From Octopus sinensis (lineage: Eukaryota): a DNA stretch of 64,000 bases. Positions within the stretch are counted from its first letter, which is position 1; each line of letters starts with the position of its first letter. The notes under the pieces were generated by a model. The model ran no database searches. It saw only the letters and a list, made by a program, of their open reading frames with translations, and was not told the DNA's origin. The DNA is taken from contig NC_043001.1 in the NCBI RefSeq assembly GCF_006345805.1, positions 104,160,001 through 104,224,000 of the forward strand. Reading direction: 5' to 3'. Below are positions 12,701-24,244 of this stretch, in pieces. Both the position numbers and the translations under genes were made by a program.

Positions 12701-12987
12701 ATACAGGGTATAGAGAGAAAAGAAAGGGAAATATATATAGGATATAAAGATTGACAAAAGGGAAAAAAGGGTTATGATAGAGTTATAGTCCTCCTGATAA
12801 GGGATGACCTCTAGGGATAATCGAGGAACTCCAATGTCCAAGTTTTCCTTGAACACCAAGGACTTGTGTCCACTTCAATAATAATACATTATAGTTTTAC
12901 AATGACCAAATTACTAATTAGTTTCATACAAGAAGTTTCATACAAGAACCACCTCCAGCAAACAGGAAAAAGTTTTCTTATGACTGC

Positions 12988-13860
12988 CATACATACATAC
13001 ATACATACATACATACATACATACATACATACATAAATACATACATATATAAATACATAAATAAATACATACATACATAAATACCTACATACATACATAA
13101 ATACATACATACATACATACATACATACATACATAAATACATACATACTTACATACATAAATGCATACATACATACATACATACATACATACATACATAC
13201 ATACATACATACATAAATACATACATAAATACATACATACATACATACATAAATACATACATACATACATACATGCATACATACATACATACATAAATAC
13301 ATACATACATAAATACATACATACATACATACATACATACATACATAAGTACATACATACATAAATACATACATACATACATACATAAATACATACATAC
13401 ATACATAAATACATACATACATAAATACATACATACATACATACATATATGCATGCATACATACATACATACATACATACATAAATACATACATAAATAC
13501 ATACATACATACATAAATACATACATACATACATACATACATACATACATGCATACATACATACATACATAAATACATACATACATAAATACATACATAC
13601 ATACATACATACATAAATACATACATACATAAGTACATACATACATACATACATACATACATAAATACATACATAAATACATACATACATACATACATAC
13701 ATACATACATAAATACATACATAAATACATACATACATACATACATACATAAATACATACATACATACATACATATATACATACATGCATGCATGCATAC
13801 ATACATACATACAAAAATACATACATACATAAATACATACATACATACATACATACATAA

Positions 13861-13891
<31 letters not shown>

Positions 13892-13957
13892 CATACATGC
13901 ATACATGCATACATACATACATGCATACATACATAAATACATACATACATATATACA

Positions 13958-13991
<34 letters not shown>

Positions 13992-14050
13992 CATACATAC
14001 ATACACACATACATAAATACATACATACATACATACATGCATGCATACAT
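12988..14050. repeat. About 1.06 kb (TACA)n microsatellite with TAAA/TGCA variants
   Basis: Direct reading; accounts for the MYVC ORFs at 12889-14097. Confidence 0.97.
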
Positions 14051-15104
14051 GTTATACTCTTTCTCTTTTTAATTAAAAGTAAATTATGACCGACCACCTA
14101 CTTGGTAATAACACTGTTTTCTTCACCTTCCTTCAAATCTTAAGAAGGTCCTGCAGACTTTTATAGTCCCAGATATCGCGATCATTTGTAGTGGGTGTAT
14201 GTATCTATCTTCTATTTATCTATCTCTACAAACCCCTCTCAGTTTTCTTTTCAACCCATAAATTTTTTCACTAAAAACCAAATCGACCGCAAGCACTACG
14301 AACCAGTTTTCCTCCCTTGAGATTTAAGTTATAAACTAGGTTACCGAAGCAATTTCCATTTTTCATTTTATTTTCCTCTTTTTTCTTTTTTCCGTTATAC
14401 TTATCGATTAAAATGACGGAACTCACAATCATCACAGCTATTCTTACATCAACGATGATCCATCTTGTCAGGATGAATTTAGACTTACATTTTTCCCAAC
14501 ATAACCCAGTGCACCAATATTTCTTGACATAGATTAAACTATATATAGCTTAGAAGCGTCAGGTTTCTGTAGTAATTACCCAAAATTGATTATATTTATA
14601 ACTGACAAACAATTAGCTGACTTCTACAGAAACAAACATCCTCTGTTTTCCTTTTTGCTGATTGTTCAAGACAAATAGATTTTATTAAATCTTTTTACTT
14701 GTTTCAGTCATTAGACAGCGACCATGCTGGAGCACCGCCTTGGAGATTTTTTTCCTAATCGAATGAATTATTTTTTTAAAGCCTGATACTTATCCTATCA
14801 ATGTCTGTTTTGTCCACCACCACCACCACTAGCAGAAACACCCGTCATTGACTGAACTGAAAGAAGCTGCGAAAATTGTACTATGAATTTTGCAAGTTGT
14901 TCACTTAGATTGTATTGAATATATATAAGAAATGGTTGTTAACTTTCATGTAGACGATAGAGCTGTTTTCTTCCGGCCAATATCATATATATTTTATATA
15001 AACTTCTGATCTTTGAGCTATGGTATTTCAGTCAATAAATGAACCAAACATCGCACAGACTTTGGCTTATGTCTAGTACAAGATAAGCGGAAAATGTAAC
15101 CTCT

Positions 15105-15412
15105 CGAAAGAGCTGTTCTTCACTCCTGCTCCGGAGCGTCGGCTGCGGGGTCATTCCGAAAGCTCTACCTGCGACGATTTCATCTCAATCGAAGGAGAGG
15201 AGCCTTTCTCTGTTCCGTCCGGGTTGCGGATCCGTGGAACAAGCTGCCAGACGAGATGGTGACGATGCCGACGACCGCTTTGTTCAAAGCCTCCCTGGAC
15301 CTCAAGTGGCCTGATCTTTACATGAACAACCCACCTGTACTTAACTCCATGTCCCCCTACATGGCCTTGCTATTTGCTTTTGAGCCAAATTAACTAACTA
15401 ACTAACTAACTA
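15105..15412 (+). mobile_element. CR1/L2-type LINE 3' end with (TAAC)n tail
   Basis: RLRGHS..L...F.L.RR..AF..RV...WNKLPDEMV......FKASLD followed by AACTAACTAACTAACT. Confidence 0.8.
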
Positions 15413-15529
15413 TAATTTATTGAACTTAAATATTGCAACAAACAAAAATACAAATCGCTTTTCTTAGACGAATATAGTGTGACGTTGACAATATCAATTC
15501 AAAGTTATTAATCATTCTGCAAATTTGAT

Positions 15530-15910
15530 CCCATCGTAAAAACTTCCTTATAGACAATGGTTTTACCAGTAGGAGCAAAAATGAAAAGATTGTTCTTGCC
15601 CCCTACTCTGGATGTCCCAATATATAACTGATCGTATGAGAAACAGTCCTCTTCTAATTGTAAACCTGCAACTTTCAAAATATGACCTTGGGACTTATAA
15701 TTGGACATCGCAAAATACAGACGTATTGGAAATTGAAGTCATTTGAACCTGAAGTGCATATTGGAAGGTAATAAAGGTAAGCGAGGAATAAAATATTCTT
15801 CACCTCTTTCACAGCTAGAAATTATTGGGGTATGTGTGACATTTCTCATTAATTTCTTGACAAGTCTTGTGCCATTGCACAGCTTTGGTTGAGAAAGCAA
15901 TGAGGAGGAG
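15530..15910 (-). mobile_element. Helitron Pif1-like helicase C-terminal fragment
   Basis: PKLCNGTRL...FIPRLPLLP...FK*LQFPIRLYFAMSNYKSQG..LKVAG...CFSYDQLYIGTSRVG. Confidence 0.9.
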
Positions 15911-16091
15911 CTCCTGGTGGTTGCAGTGGCTTTAAGAACCATGTGGTTGGGAAAGCCACGCATGCGCCTGTGTATGTTACCATTGTATTTGATGAAGATT
16001 ATCATTGGAAATGCATATATATATAAAAAATTAACAGAATGAGATAAAAAAAAATCCAAGGCTGTGAATAGTTTCAGAACATTTATAAAGA

Positions 16092-16140
16092 GTTCTTACA
16101 GCTGTTTCCGGGATATTTTATATATCCCTTCATCAGAGAC
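16092..16140 (-). ncRNA. Minimal hammerhead ribozyme motif
   Basis: Minus strand GTCT CTGATGA A GGGATA tataaaa TATCCC G GAAA CAGCTG TA AGAA. Confidence 0.7.
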
Positions 16141-16334
16141 GGTGCAAGAAATTATTTAAGTAATAGTTATAGAGAAGATAAGGCACAGGAAACTTATATA
16201 TACACCATTCTGCTTAAATAATGGAACTGCAAATACAATATCCTTACGTATCTCACGTCTGCTTTCATTTCTCCACTTCCCTCTGTATCTAATATCTTCT
16301 CTACAATGATTATTACTTAACATTTTCTCGTACC

Positions 16335-16382
16335 GTCTCTGATGAAGGGATATATAAAATATCCCGGAAACAGCTGTAAGAC
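16335..16382 (+). ncRNA. Minimal hammerhead ribozyme motif
   Basis: GTCT CTGATGA A GGGATA tataaaa TATCCC G GAAA CAGCTG TA AGAC; intact core, 8 nt palindrome ACAGCTGT, GUA site ending at 16378. Confidence 0.8.
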
Positions 16383-17048
16383 CTCTTTATATATGTTCTG
16401 AAAACTATTCACAGCCTTCGATTTTTTATCTCATTCTGTTAATTTATATGTGTGTGTGTGTTTCTGTGTCTGTGTGTATGTATATATATGTTGTTGTTGT
16501 TGTTGTTGTTATATAAAAGATAGTTAAAGTGGCTAGATTTAAAACCAAAAAGGAAGCAATTCACCGTCACTAAAAGTGGCTTAGGCTGCCTGGATTACCA
16601 GCATCGCTAGAAATAAAAGCCAAAGGTTCGTTAGCCACAAACAAAGCACATATTCTATGTACTGACAAGGAAGACAAACACGCCCAAATCGCATATATAG
16701 AATCACAAAGCCCCAAACTTCAGATCTGTTTGACAACGAATGCGATAAAGTTCTCCAATAAAAGTTAACAAGGAATTTTTTTTAATCTCTCCACCCAACT
16801 TAACAAAGAACTTACTAGATCTATGAACTAAAGTGCAAGATTTATATTATTAAAAAATTAAAAAATAATAAATTAAACTGATTAGAACTACCAGTGATGT
16901 CATTCTTTGTCTTTTTTAAATGTATGTATATGTATGTATGTATGTATGTATGTATTATGTATATATGTGGGTGTGTCTGTGTGTGTATGTAAGTATGTAT
17001 GTATGTCAATTAACGAATGAGAAACAGCAATAGGTAAACGTTTTCATT

Positions 17049-17130
17049 AGCTTACAGCCGTTTCTGCTATCAGACGCATAGCACTCAGCGCTGAATGCTG
17101 GTGTGTCGTCTTGTAGCCTCGTCAGAGCCT
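17049..17130 (-). ncRNA. Hammerhead motif with extended stem II
   Basis: Minus strand GGCT CTGACGA G GCTA...AGACG...AGCATTCAGC/GCTGAGTGCT...CGTCT...TAGC A GAAA CGGCTG TA AGCT. Confidence 0.7.
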
Positions 17131-17166
17131 TCGAATATAGTGTATGCTTATTGTAGAAAGCATAGA

Positions 17167-17242
17167 TAGTATTCTGAATAAACAAATTTTAGTTTTAGGT
17201 TATTATTTATAAAATATTTCTGTTCGAGTCATTTTGCATGTG

Positions 17243-17324
<82 letters not shown>

Positions 17325-17548
17325 AGATATCCTGAGTAACACAAAGGAAATAAAGTGAAGAAATCAAACAGGAAATTTTAAGTGTTTTAATATTTTTATT
17401 GTTTTGTTTTGTTGTTGAGACCATATTCTAATTTTCCATTATTTCCTACATCCTAATATCAACAGAGCAGAAGAGGCTGGACTTCTCAAAGTCCGTCCGA
17501 TGTTTTCTTTAAAAGGCTATGTGTAATCTTACTTGCATACTATCCACG

Positions 17549-17550
<2 letters not shown>
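17167..17550 (+). repeat. Dispersed repeat, copy 2 (paired with 5180-5535)
   Basis: Same conserved blocks as copy 1; internal tract is (CT)n here and (GA)n in copy 1. Confidence 0.85.
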
Positions 17551-17579
<29 letters not shown>

Positions 17580-18373
17580 CGCGCGCATGTGAACAGGCAG
17601 ACGGACGGACAGGTTGATGGATAGACGGACGGATGTGTCTATGTGTGTAGATATACATACATACATACATACTTGATTTTCCTGACATAGAATGATGTTT
17701 TCGGTATTATCTTTTCCTGCATTTAATTGGGACATAAGCGAAACTTTGTGAGATTAGAGGCTTTTATACATCAGTACTTCATTAATTATTTACTCACTAA
17801 TCTTTGCCTTTTGGAGTGGCAAGAAATATCTGCTGAAACGAGACGTAGTGTAATGGCCATTAGTCTAGAAGATAATTTTCTTCCTGTCAATGTGTTGTAA
17901 TCCTTCATGTCGGGTTGTTATAACGCCCACTCCGATATAGCAGTATAGTTGTTAGACCAGTAAGATACGACTATCTAAGAGCGCCTACTTCGTACTCTCT
18001 CTATATACTGATCGACGTCACCATATTTATAACGACTAGCACATATCACTCATTACATTTCAGGGGTGTACCAATCATTACTATTATCCTCATAACACAA
18101 TGAAACCACAATCTTCATAGCATATGATATCCGTACATCCATTTGCAGATTTTTAGTTTTGCCTTTTGGTTTTCTATGTTTGGATTTTTGCTTTTCTTCG
18201 TTATAGGCACAGGTATGGTAAGAAGTTTGCTTCCCAATCACATGGTTTGGGGTTCAGTCCTACTGAGTGGCACCTTGGGAAACTGTCTTCTACTATAGCT
18301 ACGGACCAACCAAAGCGTTGCGAGTGGATTTGGTTGACGGAAACTGAGAGAAGCCCGTCGTATATTTTTTTAT

Positions 18374-18794
18374 TCTTTTACTCTTTTACATGTTTCAGTC
18401 ATTTGACTGCGGCCATATTAGACCACCGCCTTCAAGGGTTTTAGTCGAAGAAATCAACCCCAGGACTTATTCTTTGTAAGCTTAGTAGTTATTCTATCGG
18501 GGTTTTTTTGCGAACCGCTCAGGTACGGTGACATAAACACATCAACATCGATTTCAAGTCATAGTGGGGGGGGGACAAGCACAGAAAAAAAGAAACCCGC
18601 ACATAAATATATATACATAGAGAGATAGAGATACGACGAGCTTCTTTCAGTTTCCGCCTACAAAATCCGCTCGCAAGGCTTTGGTTGACTCGAGGCTATA
18701 GTAGAAGATACTTGCCCAAAGTGCCATGCAGAACTGAACCCAGAACCATGTGGTTGGGAAGCAAGCGTCTCACCAGTCAGCCACGCCTGCGCCT
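18374..18794 (-). mobile_element. SINE family A, full length, within a cluster of further A fragments (18200-19095)
   Basis: Tail, mid block and head all recognisable in reverse complement. Confidence 0.8.
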
Positions 18795-19601
18795 AAAAGA
18801 AAAATGTGTGCGTGCGCATGTGTGTGTGTCTATGCATGAATGTATATGTGTATGTATGCTTATATCTATCTGTGTGTGCCTTTGTAGGTGTGTTTGTCCA
18901 ACTACCGTTTGACCATAGATTTGGTTTCCTTACGTCCACGTAACTTAGCGGTTCGACAAAATTGAACGATAGAATAAGTATCAGGTTTTAAAATATATGT
19001 ATCCTGAGGTCGATTTGTTCGACTTAAACCCTTCAAGCCAGTACTCCAGCTTGGCCGCAGTCTAATGACTGCAACAAGTAAAAGATAAGAAGATATGTTT
19101 CTTTATTGGCCACACAGGGCTGAACACAGAGGGGACAAAATGCAAAGTAGAGCTTTTCTTTATGGGAAAAGAAGGAAAAAAAAGGGGTAGAATTTCGATC
19201 AAAAGGGATCGTTAAAAAAAAAGGCCGATCAATAAGGATCGTGTATCACAGAAATGCCATAATGTAAAAAAGGGAAACAGACTAGGTTTATCCGTGGAAA
19301 GAAAAGCCTACGGAAAAGACCACGGTAGCCTCGGGCAATAATGTCATGCAAAAAAACACATTACAGTGACTCTCTTTTTACCTTTTTTTTGGTTCATAGG
19401 ATTATGCTCAAGGTGGCTTCGTCATTCACATGTGCTATCCTTGCTACATTCATCCATCTTTTGAAACATTCACTAGACAAAACTTGCCTCTCTACTCTCA
19501 ATTTCCTCTTCAAGTGATACTTGAAGAAGTTGATGAGAAATTCACCAGAGATAAAAGCGTTTGTCCAAATCCAGTTCGTGCCAAACCAAATTTCTTTCAG
19601 A

Positions 19602-20167
19602 CATTATTATTGAGTGAGAGAGCAGTGCATGCCATCAAAGTGACACTGGGGTAAAATATACGAAGCCCAGTATACCCATCATGACTACCCGTCTGATAAG
19701 GGTAGACTAGGTACAAGCATCACAGTCATACGTGTGCGCGACATGGTGATCTCATATCAAGATAAACAGCACATGACCTTGCAGGTGGGGCCCAGTTAGA
19801 ATTTTCTTCTGGTCGAATAACCCATCCCTCTCAAAAGATCCCTGAATATGGATTGTTTAAGGATGTTGAACGAACCACCTATGTTTCCAAAGAGGAATTA
19901 TCCAAACCTCAAAGAATTCCTCTCAACACATGGCTATGATGCTCCCCCACTACTTCTGCTCATGATCAGAGATGCACACGTCGTCAGCCACTAAGGGACA
20001 TGGTCAACTGGTTAAGGTCAAACAAGTGACAAGCAAATCTGTGGTATTGAGCAGAATATTTGTTGTAGCCTATGTTTTATACTATGACAAAACAATGTAC
20101 AATATAACACTTACAATCAGTTAAGATCAGAAGCCATGGGAGCCACTGTCTGGTACTGCATCAGGGC

Positions 20168-20168
<1 letters not shown>
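19602..20168 (-). mobile_element. Non-coding retroposon-like repeat with (AAT)n tail
   Basis: Ends in CTCTCTCACTCAATAATAAT on the minus strand; no meaningful ORF; family assignment from recollection only. Confidence 0.35.
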
Positions 20169-20171
<3 letters not shown>

Positions 20172-20226
<55 letters not shown>

Positions 20227-20236
20227 TATTATTTAC

Positions 20237-20302
<66 letters not shown>

Positions 20303-20726
20303 TATTATTATTATTATTATTATTATTCAGGTCACTGCTTGGAATCGAACTCGGAATCTTGGGGTTAGTAGCCCGCGCTATAACCACTACGCTCACGGGT
20401 ATATGGCGTAGTGGTTAAGAGCGCGGGCTACTAACCCCAGTTTTCCGAGCTCGATTCCAAGCAGTGACCTGAATAATAATAATAATAATAATAATGATAA
20501 TAATAATAATAATGATAATAACAACAACAACAACAACAACAACATCGAAAAATACCTTAGGAATGAGAAGCCAGGTTCGAAATTTCCCCAAGTCACCTGA
20601 TGAAGGCTGGCGGTTATTATCAGCCGAAACGTCGTGTTAACAAGAAACAGGATGAGAACAAATACCCGTCAAATGTAAATAATGTAAATAATGTACATAA
20701 TTCCTCATCTCTTAAATACAGAACTG
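20172..20726 (+). mobile_element. tRNA-headed SINE with hammerhead-containing tail, preceded by an inverted copy of its own 5' part
   Basis: A box TGGCGTAGTGG 20404-20414, B box GAGCTCGATTCC 20447-20458, (AAT)n/(AAC)n linker, hammerhead 20592-20638, tail ATGTAAATAATGTAAATAATGTACATAATTCCTCATCTC; inverted head plus (TTA)n at 20172-20392. Confidence 0.85.
20592..20638 (+). ncRNA. Minimal hammerhead ribozyme motif
   Basis: GTCAC CTGATGA A GGCTG gcggttattat CAGCC GAAA CG TC GTGTT; intact core, GUC site, 3 bp stem I. Confidence 0.75.
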
Positions 20727-21035
20727 AATCATGTCTGTTTATTATTTTGGGAGTGATAGATATAAGTCTCTTATTTCCTTGTCTTTTGACATTTCTATGT
20801 TTCCTCATCATCTAATTATCAACTTTCGTCGGTAACTTTTTTTAACAACAATTCCGTCATTATTGACGGCTCGGATACTCTCGTATAGATTATATTTGAT
20901 ACCAGAGTTTTCTTTGCGTCGAATACATAAATCTTGACAAGCGTAAGTTTGATACGTGTCTCTATATTTATATGACACATTTGACTCTGCGCTTGATATG
21001 ATTATTAGCATATATCTCTTCTCTTGTATATAAAA

Positions 21036-21427
21036 CTAGCAGTATCGCCCGGGGTTGCTCGGGTTTGTAAGGGAAATAACTATATAAGCATTTTTAGAGA
21101 GTTATAGCCAAAAAATAGCAAAAAAATGCATTAAAAATGGAAAAAAAATGATGGTATTTTTTTTTTAATCGTTGACTCATCGTAGACATTTTTAGAGAGT
21201 TACTTTCCTTATATAATAGCGAAAAAATGCATTAAAATGGAAAAAAATGATGGTAATTTTTTTTAAATCGTAGACTCATCGTAGACGCGCGCTAATACCC
21301 AGAAGGGCTCGATATGAATCACGACTATAAGATACCCGGTTTTGGTTAAACTGCACCGCAAAATGTGGGAGTAGTTAGGAATCTAAATCGTAGGAGACAG
21401 ACACAACCTCTCTTTTATATATAAAGA
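21036..21427 (-). mobile_element. Non-autonomous Helitron
   Basis: Minus strand A|TC 5' end at 21427, subterminal hairpin CCCGAGCAACCCCGGG, CTAG|T 3' end at 21036; internal tandem duplication of about 98 bp. Confidence 0.85.
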
Positions 21428-21899
21428 TGTGGTTAAAAAGCTTTCGTCTTTTTAGATGTGCGCACAGCAAACATTGTCGCTTAACATTGTGATTTTAGAT
21501 AGTTCATTGTAAACATGCGTCTAAAAATATTTCGCTCTCAAATATTTCTTTCAGTAGAACGTTCTAAAAATACAACCATACTATTTACCATTTCTTTAAC
21601 TAAAATCTTGGAATAAATTTGGTTTAAAATTAAAACATTTCAATATCTTCTGAACACTCTCTAGCTGTATTCTTCCTATAGACAGACAATTTTGTATCGC
21701 TTGTATGACTTTTATCCTGTGATGTAGTCTTAAAAGAAATAAGGAAACGCATTTTGAAAGCGTTACTCAAATTCTGTAAAGACTGACAAACGTCTCAGAA
21801 CTATACAGATGTGTTTGCTGGTACTTGTCATCTCGCCCAGAATTCTTCTTATGTCATACTAATTTTGTGTATAGAGAGAGGTCTGATGAGGCATGGCAC

Positions 21900-22765
21900 C
21901 AACCCTAAGGGCAATGTCAATGCCTGTCTGACCTATGCATAGATCGTATCTATGCTCCAGTTTTGATAACTATTTGCACAACTGTGCACAGTTTCTCTTC
22001 TCAGTCCCAAATTGTATCAACTCTGTTGTGCTTACATTTTATTAAGGTTTTCACTGGTACAGTCCACCAGTATTCCTTTTTATTATGACTGGCTATGGCT
22101 TCTACCATGTTGTAGGTTCTTATTTCTTTGTACTCGGGATTATCCTTCTGAGGGATTTCATTATAGAGTGTCCTAACTACAGCATCATGTCTCATCGGTA
22201 GATAGTACCGTGATGACATTTTCGGACAACTACTTATGATGCGGGTGATATCTTCTGTGTGAACTCCACAAAGTCTGCATCGGTTGTCACATTTTACGGC
22301 TTTTCCCGCATCTCTATCCCTTTTCTGCATCAGGTTCTTGCTTGATATTTCCTGCTCATGGATTGCAAACGCATGCCATTCAAAGTGGGAGGTAGTAATC
22401 CGGCTATTTGTCCATGATAAACTGCTTTGATGATCGATCTTACTATCACCACGGAGATTTCTAGTAACATTACCATGCATAATCTTCTGCTCATATAGGT
22501 TCATCCTTTCCTCTGATGATACGTTGCAGTAGAGTCGTGCGACTTGTTTGGGCATGTATTCTAGGTTATCAGACAAAGAGTGTTGCTCAAGGAGCTGCCT
22601 TCCAAGTCTTATGATGTTATCAGCCTCATGTATGCCAACTCGGTCAAGGGATGCACTTCGACACTTGGTGGTTAAAAGATGTTGCCGAAGGGATATGATA
22701 CGACATTCAAATTCATTTTGTATCGATGTTAAGAGTCTGCCGCCTTGTTTACGTTTTATGTAAGT
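21900..22765 (-). mobile_element. R4/Dong-type LINE: post-RT region, CCHC knuckle and REL endonuclease remnant
   Basis: YIKRKQGGR...AFAIHEQEI...CRLCG..TEDITRIISSCP...RHDAVV...EYWW.VP.KT..KCKHNR; abuts (TACA)n at 22765-23030. Confidence 0.85.
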
Positions 22766-23769
22766 ACGTATGCATGTATGAATGTATGTATGTATGTATG
22801 TATGTATGTATGTATGTATGTATGTATGTATGTATGTATGTATGTATGTATGTATGTATGTATGTATGTATGCATGCATGCATGCATGCATGTATGTATG
22901 TATGTATGTATGTATGCATGCATGCATGCATGTATGTATGTATGTATGTATATGTATGTGTGTGTGTGTATGTATGTATGTATGTATGTATGTATGTATG
23001 TATGTATGTATGTACGTATGCATGTATGTTTGGAAGAATACTTTTGTCACTAAACATGTCAGAAAATATGGCGTACATCAAGTAATTATAACTCAACGTT
23101 TACGAAGTTTGTCGTTCTCTTTTCCTTCTTTCTTTGTTTCTTTGTTTATTTCTTTCCCATATTAATCTCTGTTGTTTTTCTTCGTTACTTTCTTCCATTT
23201 TAGGTTCATGAAGCAATTAATAGCAAAAACATTTTAGGCATAAACATAATTTGAGTGACGTTCGTTTTACACGATAATATGGTCCAAGCATTGTAAATAT
23301 GTCCTTATTTAGATAGAATATTTAAGCTGATTAAATGCTTTAATTGTTAACGAAACAATAATTCCTTTTAAATGAAAAGGAAAAACAAATTTTGAAGAAA
23401 AAGGATAAAACATGTATTAGGGTTGTTTATGCTTTGCCACTTGTCTTCTTAAGTATTCGACAATTGAAAAACTGTGTGTGCCATAACAATATGCCATCTG
23501 CTCTTAAATCATGTGACATTCCCACGCCTTCTGCCATCGATTTTTATTTAGGGATCATATAGAAACACTCCGGGATCCCACAATGTCTCAAGAATATTCT
23601 AAAGGTGTGTTATTGTTTGAAAAATATAGTGTAAAACGGTAATCAATTCAGTTTAAATTAATCTTAATAATCCCACGTATAATTTATGTTACACTTGTCT
23701 ACAAAAGTCCGGATTTTCGTTTTGAACATTACTGATATATATGAATGACCATAGAATTGCACCTAAAAA

Positions 23770-24060
23770 GTTACCCTTTGAGGCACAAGTCCAGGCAAGA
23801 TTGTTTATGGAAGGCCAGCAGTCGCCCATGCATACCAGCCTCCCCTCTCCACGCCACCGATGTTATTCAAGGGGGGAGGCAAAGGGGCCGATGCAACTTG
23901 GCACCAGTGGCATCACAACTCATTTCTACAGTTGAGCGAACTGGAGCAACGTGAAATAAAGTGTCTTGCTCAAGAGCACAACACGCATCCCGGTCCGGGA
24001 ATCGAACTCACAACCTCACGATCGTAAACTCGACGCTCTAATCACTGAGTCATGCACCTT
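23770..24060 (-). mobile_element. tRNA-headed SINE with CORE-like central block
   Basis: TGACTCAGTGATTAG...GAGTTCGATTCCCGG then GTGCTCTTGAGCAAGACACTTTATTTCACGTTGCTCCAG; related fragment near 31020-31080. Confidence 0.7.
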
Positions 24061-24064
24061 CATC

Positions 24065-24099
<35 letters not shown>

Positions 24100-24244
24100 C
24101 ATACATGTGTGTGTGTATATATAGAGAGAGGCATAGATAGATAGCTAGCTAGATAGATACATACATACATACATACATACTTATACAAGTAACTATACAA
24201 AAGAAAGAGGCACGCAACACATTCAGTAGGAGTTACATATATTG

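Larger units (their letters stand above)
16029..16445. mobile_element. Fold-back mini-element with a hammerhead motif in each arm
   Basis: Arms about 16029-16179 and 16294-16445 are reverse complements around a spacer of about 115 bp; both outer ends abut TA/TG microsatellite. Confidence 0.85.

Noticed and set aside
14400-18200. Small exons suggested by isolated GTAAG donors (for example near 14485 and 17530 on the minus strand)
   Set aside because: Weak acceptors, no linked reading frame, no recognisable product
19602-20168. HDV-like or hammerhead ribozyme at the 5' end of this repeat (GCCCTGATGCAG...)
   Set aside because: No P1 partner or GAAA in a workable position
20399-20472. tRNA gene
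   Set aside because: A and B boxes are present but there is no complete acceptor stem; it runs into SINE linker sequence. The same applies to the other SINE heads
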